DNA of 51,287 nt from Octopus sinensis (taxonomy: Eukaryota), in assembly GCF_006345805.1 (NCBI RefSeq), contig NW_021834545.1, positions 1-51,287 on the forward strand. The letters are read 5' to 3'. The stretch's first letter is position 1. Every line of letters begins with the position of its first letter. The notes beneath the pieces were generated by a model that was not told the DNA's origin, searched no databases, and saw only the letters and a list, made by a program, of their open reading frames with translations. Of this stretch, positions 1 through 10,047 are shown one piece after another. The position numbers and the translations under genes were made by a program.

Positions 1-432
1 ACCCCAGTACGCAACTGGTACTTTATTTATCGACCCCGAAGGATGAAAGGCAAAGTCGACCTCGGCGGATTTGAACTCAGATCGAAAACACAGACGAAAT
101 ACCTATTTCTTTACTATCCACAAGGGGCTAAACACAGAGGGGACAAACAAGGACAGACATAGGTATTAAGTCGATTACATCGACCCCAGTGTGTAACTGG
201 TACTTAATTTATCGACCCCGAAAGGATGAAAGGCAAAGTCGACCTCGGCAGGAATTTGAACTCAGAACGTAATGGCAGACGAAAAACCACTAAGCATTTC
301 GCCCGGCGTGCTAACGTTTCTGCCAGCTCACCGTCTTCAAAGGTACAGTCGACGTCGGCGCAATTTGAACTCGGGCGAAATAACGCTAAGCATTTCATCC
401 AGCGTGCTTACGATTCTGCCAGCTCGCCGACT
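1..432 (-). mobile_element. SINE-B dimer plus head, followed by a second head fragment; runs off window start
   Basis: Reverse complement of the tRNA-like head (GGCGAGCTGGCAGAAACGTTAGCACG, B box GAGTTCAAATTCC), central GTCGACTTTGCCTTTCATCCTTTCGGGGTCGATAAA and tail CCCCTTGTGG...AAAGAAATA; same junction as the other arrays. Confidence 0.9.
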
Positions 433-434
433 TA

Positions 435-603
435 AAAAGTTGTGGCGAAAGAGTCAGCAGAAGTTCGCCATTACCTTCTGCCGGAGCGGCGTGGAGCTTT
501 GGTGCTTCGCTCATAAACACACACATCACCCGGTCTCAGATTTGAACCCGCGATCCCTCGACCGCAAGCCCGCTGCTCTAACCACTAGGCCATGTGCCTC
601 CAC
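435..603 (-). mobile_element. SINE-C (tRNA-derived), 5' portion
   Basis: Reverse complement GTGGAGGCACATGGCCTAGTGGTTAGAGCAGCGG...GGTTCAAATC (A and B boxes); homologous to 4075-4378. Confidence 0.85.
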
Positions 604-1000
604 GGTGGAATTTATATTTATACTGTTGTGCAACTGCAAATGTGATACGAGGGAGTAAATATTTGCATAAATTTCAAGTTACTGCTTGTTTCAGCCCCCT
701 TTACAGTTAGTCACGTTGTCCTATATAAACAGTCGACAGATAACTAAATAAATAAAATGTTTCAAAGTTGAGCTGAATGTTTATTTATGGTCTAGTTACA
801 TAACCACAGAGCGGTGAGTGCTTTAGCTAATTAGCTAAGGTTCTTTCGAAACAAATAGATTAATTTTTTTTTTATATATTGAATCCGATATTGTGTATAC
901 GCTAAATAAAGACATGCACAGTGATGGATTGTTTAACGAAATCGCAAAAGTTAAGTGAGTATACAATAAGAAAATTAATACCACTATCAGATGGAATTTA

Positions 1001-1003
<3 letters not shown>

Positions 1004-1055
<52 letters not shown>

Positions 1056-1204
1056 TATATATACATATATATCAAGTTAATCCAAAACAAGAAAGCACAA
1101 AAAAAACACAACACACGAGGACGTGGAACAAATATAGTATTATTGGACGCTCAGGAAAGAAGGAAGGAAGAAAATATACATCATGTATATATATGTATAG
1201 ATAT

Positions 1205-1301
<97 letters not shown>

Positions 1302-1373
1302 ATATATATATATACAGAGAGAGAAGAGGATGAGAGAGAAAGATAGAAAAAGAGAGAGATACGTATATATATA

Positions 1374-1402
<29 letters not shown>
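1004..1402. repeat. (TA)n-rich microsatellite blocks flanking a Penelope-like repeat
   Basis: Direct reading of TA runs at about 1004-1072, 1190-1312 and 1365-1402. Confidence 0.9.
1073..1182 (-). mobile_element. Truncated Penelope-like terminal-repeat fragment (same family as 17136-17360)
   Basis: AGTTAATCC...GGACGTGGAACAA...TATTATT(G)GACGCTCAGGAAAGAAGG is shared with 17136-17250; inserted in (TA)n. Confidence 0.6.
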
Positions 1403-1409
<7 letters not shown>

Positions 1410-1567
1410 CTGTATGTGCGTATATTTGTGGTATGGATGTGTCTGTATTTTCCCTTTTTTATTTTTTGAAGTTGATTTTTTTTTCTTCTAGGAGGTAGAA
1501 GCTCGGTCTTACCAAAGATACAACACTGGATCTCTCGAATGACGATAGCAAACACAAATTCACATAC

Positions 1568-1875
1568 TGAATTTGGCAAAAGTCTTGTATATTTTTTCAG
1601 AATGTATATATTGCAAATTATTCGTTAGTTGTTTGGTTTCTTTACTTGGACCATATTTTTCTAGATTGTTACTTTGAATTTTTCTCACAAAACCAATTGC
1701 ACTTATTATTATTGATATAAATGCGAATTTATAATCTAGATATAGAAGCTGCAGGTTTCGAACCAGTTGTCCGTAGTTATCCTCTTTGGCATTTAATTTC
1801 GAAAATGTATTCATATCAGCTGGGCAACTCACATCTGTGACAGTAATCCACTTTCTTGCCTTTAGAGCGGCGAGC
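1568..1875 (-). CDS. Candidate internal coding exon, product unknown
   Basis: Stop-free frame of about 117 codons (about 1910-1560) in AT-rich DNA: ...LAALKARKWITVTDVSCPADMNTF...LDYKFAFISIIISAIG...KTFAKF; pyrimidine-rich acceptor ...CTTGACACAAG and GTATGT donor; no family recognised. Confidence 0.25.
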
Positions 1876-1914
1876 CTTGTGTCAAGAGTACAAAAGAAAA
1901 TTTGCTTAAATCAA

Positions 1915-2220
1915 GCCGGCGAGCTGGCAGAAACGTTAGCACGCCGGGCGAAATGCTTAGCGGTATTTCGTCTGCGTTACGTTGTGAGTTCAAATTCCGC
2001 CGAGTTCGACTTTGCCTTTCATCCTTTCGGGGTCGATAAATTAAGTACCAGTTACGCACTGGGGTCGATGTAATCGACTTAATACCTATGTCTGTCCTTG
2101 TTTGTCCCCTCTGTGTTTAGCCCCTTGTGGGTAATAAATTCTGAGTTCAAAATTCGCCGAGGTCGACTTTGCTTTTTATCTTTTCGGGGTCGATTAAATA
2201 AGTACCAGTACGCACTAGGG
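1915..2220 (+). mobile_element. SINE-B, full head plus partial second unit, cut off by the adjacent HHR element
   Basis: GGCGAGCTGGCAGAAACGTTAGCACGCCGGGCG...GAGTTCAAATTCC...CCCCTTGTGGGTAATAAA, then re-entry at TTCTGAGTTC. Confidence 0.9.
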
Positions 2221-2222
2221 TT

Positions 2223-2268
2223 GACACAACGTTTCGGCTGATATACCCTCCAGCCTTCTTCAGGTGTC
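2223..2268 (-). ncRNA. Minimal type I hammerhead ribozyme motif (CUGAAGA core)
   Basis: Minus strand: GACAC-CUGAAGA-A-GGCUG(loop)CAGCC-GAA-ACGU-U-GUGUC; stems I and II pair, stem III is the palindrome ACGU typical of dimeric minimal HHRs. Confidence 0.7.
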
Positions 2269-2397
2269 TTGGGGGAAATTTCGTACCTGGACCACGGGCA
2301 TATGACGTAGTGGTTAAGAGCGCGGGCTACTAGCCCCAAGATTCCGAGTTGGATTCCAAGCAGTGACCTTAACAACAACAACAACAACAACAACAAC

Positions 2398-2430
<33 letters not shown>

Positions 2431-2496
2431 TATAACAATAATAATAGCATAAAAAATACCTTAGGAATGAGAACCCAGGGTTCGAAATATCCCCAA

Positions 2497-2542
2497 GACA
2501 CCTGATGAAGGCTGGGGATTATATCAGCCGAAACGTTGTGTT
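2497..2542 (+). ncRNA. Minimal type I hammerhead ribozyme motif (CUGAUGA core)
   Basis: GACAC-CUGAUGA-A-GGCUG(loop)CAGCC-GAA-ACGU-U-GUGUU. Confidence 0.7.
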
Positions 2543-2879
2543 AACAACAAACAAGATAAGGACAAATATCCGTCGAATGTAAAAAAATGTAAAATGTAAA
2601 TAATGTATAGTGAATATATTTTTATGAACATATTATACGCATTCATATATATAAATAATTGTCGATTTATATCAACACTGTTGAATTATACAATCATGAG
2701 TAGATAACAGATCACAAACATAGTAATAATAGCTTCGGCTTTATCGCATACATGAATTTTAAGTGCTGGAAAAAGTTAGTTCTTTAGCAGTCGCTGATAA
2801 TTTACGATAAAACTAACTCATTAATTACACTGAATTGGCAAAAACTTTGGACATATGTGTCTATTCACACCTCTATATG

Positions 2880-3257
2880 TGTCCCCAAAGTCCATCCCCT
2901 CCTCACCGTGGTGGGGACGCTGGCAACGGGTAGTGTCAGAGCTATGCCGTTGGGAACTTCGGTTCCTGGTAGGGCCACCCAAGGCGGATTGGTCTGACAC
3001 CAAGTGGTATTAGGGCCACAACCCGGCAGACGGGGCTCTGGTGAAAATCCTCAGAGTGTCTGTTTCGACAACCGGCGGCTCCTCGGTCGTTCTGCCCTTG
3101 CGTCTGCGGACAATCTGCGGCAAACAGGATGTCTCTACATGCGGGATTGTTGGGGACCGCTTGTCAAATCCACATATTCCCACGAAACTTCTTTCATGAG
3201 TAGAAGAAGCCGACTCAACCCGCCCAGGCTGAATGTCGCCACAAGTACAAGTACAAG
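2880..3257 (+). mobile_element. Short internally deleted RTE-type retroposon (5'UTR joined to 3' end)
   Basis: RTE/BovB-like 5'UTR words (GAGCTATGCC...GGTAGGGCCACCCAAGGC), decayed C2H2-like C-terminus, (ACAAGT)3 tail, candidate 8-bp TSD TCTATATG at 2872-2879 and 3258-3265. Confidence 0.6.
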
Positions 3258-3537
3258 TCTATATGCCTCTTCTCTATACTTTTGTCCTTAAGAAATCTTT
3301 TATTCTTTATCTTTTATTTATCATCTTTTTTCTTTCAGTTATTGGATTGTGGCAATGTCAGAGCACTGCCTTGAAGATTTTTTTTTAATGGAGCAAATTG
3401 ACTTAAGACCTTATATTTATTTTAACCCTGACTTTTTTGTCCGATCTTTTTTGTCAAACTGAGAGCAGAGTATTCGTAATTTCTATTCTCTGGTTCCACA
3501 CTGAAGGACACATCTACACAAAAAAGTATATAAGAAA

Positions 3538-3768
3538 TTCACAGCCTCGTAGCACGGTAGTGTAAACATAAGCGATAGTCATGGGTAGCTGAAAATTACG
3601 GGTAATCGATGGGAAATTGTTTTGCGGTACGTCAGAATCTTTGACTGATCGCTGACCCGTGTTATTACAGACCAATCTGTGATAAGCGTAACGTGGTTCA
3701 CAATTACACATACCGTGTTATCTCGGATCAGTGATGAATGAATCAGTGATAAACGAGGTTGTATATAT
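3538..3768. mobile_element. Possible decayed pogo/Tigger-like MITE
   Basis: Imperfect TIRs CACAGCCTCGT / ACGAGGTTGTATA; internal CCGTGTTAT repeats. Confidence 0.3.
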
Positions 3769-3819
3769 TATATAATCTTCTGTAATCTAACGCTGCAACT
3801 GTGATTATATTGATTTCTA

Positions 3820-4025
3820 ATTTTAGTACAAGGCCAGCATTTTCAGGGGAAGGAGTAAGTCGATTACATCGACCCCACTGTTCAACTGATACTTATTCTA
3901 TGAAACCGAAAGGGATTAAAGGCAAAGTCGACCTCGAGGGAATTTTTATACAGTACGTAAGGACGAACGAAATGCCAGTAGGAATTTTGTACAGCGTGCT
4001 AACAATTCTGCCAGCTCGCCGCCTT
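3820..4025 (-). mobile_element. Diverged SINE-B-related monomer with an alternative 3' tail
   Basis: AAGTCGATTACATCGACCCC...AAAGGCAAAGTCGACCTCG...CTGCCAGCTCGCCGCC. Confidence 0.8.
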
Positions 4026-4074
4026 CCAAATTTGACTATATTAATTGAAATTTATTTGCGTTATATTTCTTTCT

Positions 4075-4378
4075 GTGGAGGCACATGGCTTAGCGGTTAG
4101 AGCAGCGGACTCGCGGTCGAGGGATCGCGGGTTCGAATCTAAGACCGGGCGATGTGTGTGTTTATGAGCGAAACACCTAAGCTCCACGCGGCTCCGGCAG
4201 AAGGTAATGACGAACCTCTGCTGACTCTTTCACCACAACTTTCTCTCACTCTTTCCTCCTGCATCTTGCAACTCACCTGCGACTGCCCGGCATCCCGTCC
4301 AGGTGAGGAACCTATACGCCAAGGAAACCGGGAAACCAGCCCTTATGAGCCAGGCATGGCTCGAGAAAGAACAAACCA
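4075..4378 (+). mobile_element. SINE-C subfamily, near full length
   Basis: GTGGAGGCACATGGCTTAGCGGTTAGAGCAGCGGACTCGCGG...GGGTTCGAATCT head; body to GGCATGGCTCGAGAAAGAAC. Confidence 0.85.
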
Positions 4379-5255
4379 TATTTATTTTAATAGCATATAA
4401 GGACACAAGGTTACAGTAGAGACTGCGCACAATGAAATGTTTATTATCTGTTTAAAAATCACGATTTCATTTAATGAGGATCATCTGCCGTATCTTCTGG
4501 CTATAATATATTAATTATAAACCGAACTCATTTATGAGAAAAATAATAACTAAATTTAATTATTGCATATGTTTGATACATCAAATGAAAAAGAATAGGA
4601 TGACAAGGTTATTAATTGGCATCCGACAAAATGAAGTTTTTCCTCCATTTAATTTGACAATTTCATTTTAAAATTATTTTAGTTATAATATATTGGATCC
4701 CGGAAATGTTGTGAGCTTAGAAGCATCCTTAAAAGCTCAGTCCTCCATCGAGGTTAAAAGCAGTATAATTCAACTTATAGAGCATGTAGAAAATCAATGA
4801 CTCGGAATTGAAAACATTCATGAAATTAGAGTGAAGCTCTCGGAAAAGTGGGACTCTTAGTTTACGAAATTTTGCTAAAAGGTTAAACCATCCCTGAGTG
4901 TGTAGACGTTAAGATGTAAAACAAATATCACAGCAATCTAGTAGATGTATACATCGCATGAGAAGAATTAAACAGGTATAAGTGCAAAAGAGAATATGAG
5001 AGATTCGATGGAAATATAACAGAGTTAAACAGAGAAACAGTTTGCCTATATTAAATATATAACGAAGATAGAGCAGACCTATAATAGAGATAGAAAAGAG
5101 ATAGAGAGTACAAAATAAGGTAGATATAGTTAGATATAATACTAGAGATATAAAGTAAATGCTGTATATCTCTATATACTTGAGATATAAATATAATCGA
5201 GACATAATAGATATAATGAGGATATAGATATATAGTAAGAATATAATAGAAATAT

Positions 5256-5725
5256 GTGAAGTATATTTACCACCTAAATGTGGCTAACCACTAAGGGTGG
5301 ATGCTACTGTAGCTTGTATCCCCAGGAGAACTTCTCCAGCTGGCTATTGACACACTTTCTGTGCCCTATCAGTATTTGCAAAGGGAAACCATCCTTCCCA
5401 TCGTCGACCTGACGTGATACGCACGGATCCTTGTTTCTGGGTATTTACCCGTCGTCAGCGCACGACAATCACCGGTCTTCGATGCGAAGGAGTCCCAATG
5501 TAAATACATATATCCTTTTTCCAGTGACGAAAAGTCACTGATCTCTTTGCAAATACTGATAGGGCACAGAAAGTGTGTCAATAGCCAGCTGGAGGAGATG
5601 TTCTCCTGGGGCTACAAGCTACAGTAGCATCCAACTTTAGTGGTTAACCACATTTAAGTGGCAAATATACTTCACGATGTGTTGCAGCTACTGTTTATAC
5701 CTCGCTCAGAGATTTATTATTGCTT
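5256..5725. mobile_element. Foldback/MITE-like element with inverted arms of about 135 bp
   Basis: 5256-5393 is the near-perfect reverse complement of 5543-5675 (GTGAAGTATATTT...CAGTATTTGCAAAG); homologous arms at 49160-49900. Confidence 0.85.
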
Positions 5726-6256
5726 ATAATAGAAATAGATTAACATATAACAAGGATGTAACAGGGGTCTTAAAGCGATACTATATGAACATAATGAATC
5801 TCCGTCGTTCGGCGATGTGGAATCAGCTGTTGGATCAACTGAATTTTCTGATTCAGAATTAAAGTATACGTGGTTGTGTAATCCGCAGATACTTCTACCA
5901 TTAACGTAGTTTTTAGGCAGAATAAGCAATACACCTTGGGTGATAAGACTCTACCTTTTGAATAACAGACACAATCTACCAGATAGCCTTCTGTGTAGAT
6001 TTCCTTTTCCCATTTATATTTACAAGTTATGGATTTACCTGAGGCTAGAGTAAATGATATTTGCCCAAAACGCCACGCACTTGGATCGAACTCGTTCCGC
6101 TGGATTTTGAACCTAACTTGCTAGCGATTCAATCGTAATGCGCCTACATGTACAAATAATAGCGGGTGGGTTATGTCGGTGAATTGAGTGCAAATGGAGC
6201 CATGTAAGCATTGGTGTCAAATTCAATTCTCAGTTGTTCAGCTCAACCTTTTCATA

Positions 6257-6656
6257 GGCGCAGGAGTGGCTGTGTGGTAAGTAGCTTGCTTACGAACCAC
6301 ATGGTTCCAGGTTCAGTCCCACTGCGTGGCACCTTGAGCAGGTGTCTTCTACTGTAGTCTCGGGCTGACCAAAGCCTTATGAGGGGATTTGGTAGATGGA
6401 ACCTGAAAAAAGCCCGTCGTATATATGTATGTATGTGTGTGTGTGTGTGTGTCTGTGTGTCTGTGTGTGTACTTTTGTGTGTCTGTGTTTGTCCCCCCAA
6501 CATCACTTAACAACCGATGCTGGTGTGTTTACGTCTCCGTTACTTAACGGTTCGGCAAGAGACACCGATAGAATAAGTACTAGGCCTACAAAGACTATAG
6601 GCGGTGCTCCAGCATGGCCGCAGTCAAATGACTGAAACAAGTAAAAGAGTAAAAGA
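6257..6656 (+). mobile_element. SINE-A, near full length (internal deletion before the tail)
   Basis: GGCGCAGGAGTGGCTGTGTGGTAAG head, GGTTCAGTCCC B box, internal (TA/TG)n, tail GGCGGTGCTCCAGCATGGCCGCAGTCAAATGACTGAAAC-(AAGAGTAA)n. Confidence 0.92.
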
Positions 6657-6771
6657 ATATAATAAATATACAATTTAGATATACTACAGATATTATAGTG
6701 ACATAAAACCAACATGATAATGATAACGATGAGAGGGGAGATACAACAGAAATATAATGAAAAAGTAATAT

Positions 6772-6900
6772 ACAGGTACAACACCAACTTTACGAACACC
6801 GGTGATCTGGAACCTCTTATAGTCCGCACTATATTACGAATAGGAAGTTCAAATTCTTGCGGTCCCGTGACTATTTTAGTAGTACCTTACACAGACTAGT
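6772..6900 (+). mobile_element. Possible pogo/Tigger-type terminal remnant
   Basis: TACAGGTACAAC...GAACCTCTTATAGTCCG...GGTCCC resembles pogo-type TIR wording; partner end not found. Confidence 0.25.
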
Positions 6901-7861
6901 CCCTTGTACATTACAGAATTGATAAAATTTTATCATTTATACTAATGTGCAAGTACCTGCATTTCATTTAATTATTGAAAACAGATACCTTTCTGGGTTC
7001 TGGTGCTGAAGAGGAGATAATCACTCTGAAATGCATGCATCCACCAGTTAGAAGGCGATACGAAGTCACATGTTGTGTTTATACTTATTTGTTTATATTC
7101 AAAATACAACATGGCTGTTCTTAGAGCCAAAGTTAGAAAGAACAAGGAAAAAATAGCAGACAAAATTGGAAGAAGTGAAATTTTCTCCCATCACAAAATA
7201 CAATGAATGAGTTACCTACGGGTTCGAATATGCTCCAGGCATATTTGAACTGGTAACAAGTTTATATAAATTATTTCAATAAATTAATATTTCAATCCTT
7301 CTGAATATGTTGACCACCTCTGGTCAAGAAAACGTTGTAATCCTGGAATGCATTTGAACCAAAGGTCGCGAGTACCTGTATCAGAGATAGGAGAGAAATA
7401 GTAGGCTTAATTCTCAACACGCCAGCTGAATTCAATTCGTCTCCAGTCGAAAGATGCTTGTTGTTATGTCCTGTTGTTATTATTATTATTATTGTTGTTT
7501 TTTGTATTTATATTCGTGTAACATCGCCCGTTTTTCCGTCCTTGTTTCGTATACATTCGATCTTTTTCCAAGGAATCTAATGCTCTTGGCTTAGTTTTTC
7601 CTTGGGCTGGCCAGATTGGAGCAATCTCAAGATAAATCAGCCGAAATTGCGAGGATGATCCGGTTCTTGGCTGAAGATAAAAGGCTTCGAATGACCCGTC
7701 CGTGTTTTCTATATCGTCTATTTGGATGTTTTGCGTTCTTGTCCCATTTTGTATTCTTTTTTACCGGCCAGGGTATCAGATGTTGCTACACATCGCGTTT
7801 CGCATAGTTTTAGCCTTCAAATGACGCCACTCCGCTGGCTAAGCGAGCAGACCAAGAGAAG

Positions 7862-8042
7862 AAAGAGTGAGAGAAAGTTGTGGCGAAAGACTACAGCAGG
7901 GACCGCCACCACTCCTTGTCGGAGTCTCGTGGAGCTTTAGGTGTTTTCGCTCAATAAACACTCACAATGCCCGGTCTGGGAATCGAAACCGCGATCCTAC
8001 GACCGCGTTTCCGCTGCCCTAACCACTGGGTCATTGCGTCTC

Positions 8043-8045
<3 letters not shown>
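7862..8045 (-). mobile_element. SINE-C, 5' half
   Basis: Reverse complement of GTGGAGACGCAATGACCCAGTGGTTAGGGCAGCGG...GGTTTCGATTCCC. Confidence 0.88.
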
Positions 8046-8134
<89 letters not shown>

Positions 8135-8154
8135 GTGTGTGTGTGTGTGTGTGT

Positions 8155-8203
<49 letters not shown>

Positions 8204-8240
8204 CAGAGAGATAGGGAGAGAGAGATGGAAAGAGAGAGAG
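8043..8240. repeat. Compound (CA)n(TA)n(TG)n(TA)n(GA)n microsatellite
   Basis: Direct reading. Confidence 0.92.
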
Positions 8241-10047
8241 AATAGATATGCTATAAATTAAAAATAGTAATAAAAAAGCTCTATTGGATAAAACAGAGAA
8301 GCAGTTATCCCTTGGCCTTTCCAAAGCATTTTCGTAAGTTTCTCTTAAGCGCCCATGCTTGTTTTTCAGACTTTTAGATAACCTTTGTTTTATAGATTCT
8401 GTATAATATGAAGATTTCCTTCCATAAGTCCAAAGTTAATCTGGTGACTGAAAAAAGCTGAGAATCTACGCCATATATGATCCATAGTCGCCAGTGAAAT
8501 ATCTTCTGTGTATCGCATATGAGGCTCAGAACGGGCGATACAAAACATACGTGAGGGTTAAAGAATACAGTAGAAATATAACACAGATAAAAGATAAATA
8601 GACTAGAGATTCATCTTAGATATAAAAGATAGAAAATTAGATATTAATGATTTATGAGTATATAAAAGTTATATCAAGGAAAACCTAAATGAAATGACAG
8701 GCTTTCCTTCTGGACACCAGAGTGAAAGCTGAAAAATAAGTTACAAAAAAATAAGGGGAACAAAATTGAAATAAATACAATAAAATAAATAAAGTCAAAA
8801 TATTGATTCGAATACGTTAAGAAAGAATCTAAAAAACCATGAAAAGAAATAAAACATGAGAATTATAATGAAATAAAGGACGAAGAGTTTTTCAAGCGAT
8901 AAAGAAATATATAAAACAACTCACTGACAAATGACGAGAAGTAAGGGAAAAAGTAAAATGAATAATAAATAGATAGGAATAATAAAAGAAAATGTCTGAA
9001 AATAGGGTCAAATCAAATCCAATAGGTAGTTAGTTTCGTCGTTCAGCTATTTTACTAGCGAGATTTCTGTATGGCTTTATCTAGTTTTATCAATAAAAAC
9101 CATCTGGATGAAATAAAATATATATATAAAAAAAAAGAACTATTTATATTTTAACATAATATCATTTTGATCGATAAAATCAAAATTTGAGAAAAATTTC
9201 CTAGATAATAATTATGTTGTTTTTCTTTTTATTTCTCTTCCGATATTATCATATTTCATTTGTGAGAAGAAAAAGAACTGCAACAAACAGCTAAAAAAAA
9301 AAAGCAAAAATGTCTTGAAATTTCTTTTTATAACTTACAGTAGAATAGTTACTTCAATATTTTCACAAAAAGCCTTTGGAAATTTCTATATTTTCCTCGT
9401 TTTGCTGCTGTCATTGTTGTTGTTTTTTTATTGGTTATGTTCTTCAAAGGTTTTTTTCCTCCAATTATGTGGTTTCCGGTTCCATCCAACTATGCGGCAA
9501 GAAACAAGTAACTTGTGAGTTTTCTGTTAACCACAATCTCAGATTTAATATCATGGAAGTGAAAGTTGTTATACATAATCTCTGCGGAAGCCAGTAATCT
9601 CCGTGTGTGTGTGCGCGCGCGTGTTTGTGTTTTCGTAGATCCGAAAAGTTCACTAAATATAAGCATACGAGCAATACCAGCCTCTCCGGGTTAAGCATGC
9701 AGTTTCACAACCTTTAACCTTTTCCCATTCAATTATTTACACCAACCATCTTAATTCCCGATGTATTGGGCCAAAGAGGTACAACACTTATTTCCTTCAT
9801 CTAAACGTTTCGTTTTTCCTTTATTTCTCTTGTTCCAATTTTTTCTGTTATTTTTTCCTCGTTCTTTCTAACTTTGGCTCTCAGAACAGCCATGTTGTAT
9901 TTTGAATATAAATGATTGCCTGAAAATACACGGCACGCTATACAAGATTTCCGAATATTCTATTTTGATATATGATATAATTAAATTTAATATAATATAA
10001 TGTGTGTGTATGCGTACACATGCACACATACATATTCATGTCATCTT

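Larger units (their letters stand above)
2221..2605 (+). mobile_element. Composite element: inverted tail copy, tRNA-like head, (AAC/AAT)n and hammerhead-bearing Penelope-like tail
   Basis: Inverted repeat of about 70 bp (2221-2290 vs 2474-2545); A box TGACGTAGTGG and B box GAGTTGGATTCC at 2296-2357; microsatellite 2371-2447; HHR at 2497-2542. Confidence 0.7.

Noticed and set aside
4695-4760. Faint similarity to the LSU rRNA GTPase centre (GCTTAGAAGCA..ATCCTT..AAA..GCTCA)
   Set aside because: The match is short and gapped, and there is no flanking rRNA similarity.
6972-7163. pogo/CENP-B-like F.AS.GW..RF resemblance in a minus ORF
   Set aside because: Only a few residues match and the strand is inconsistent with the putative TIR; not supportable.
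8340-9000. Purine-rich stretch suggestive of a decayed LINE ORF
   Set aside because: No recognisable motif in any frame.
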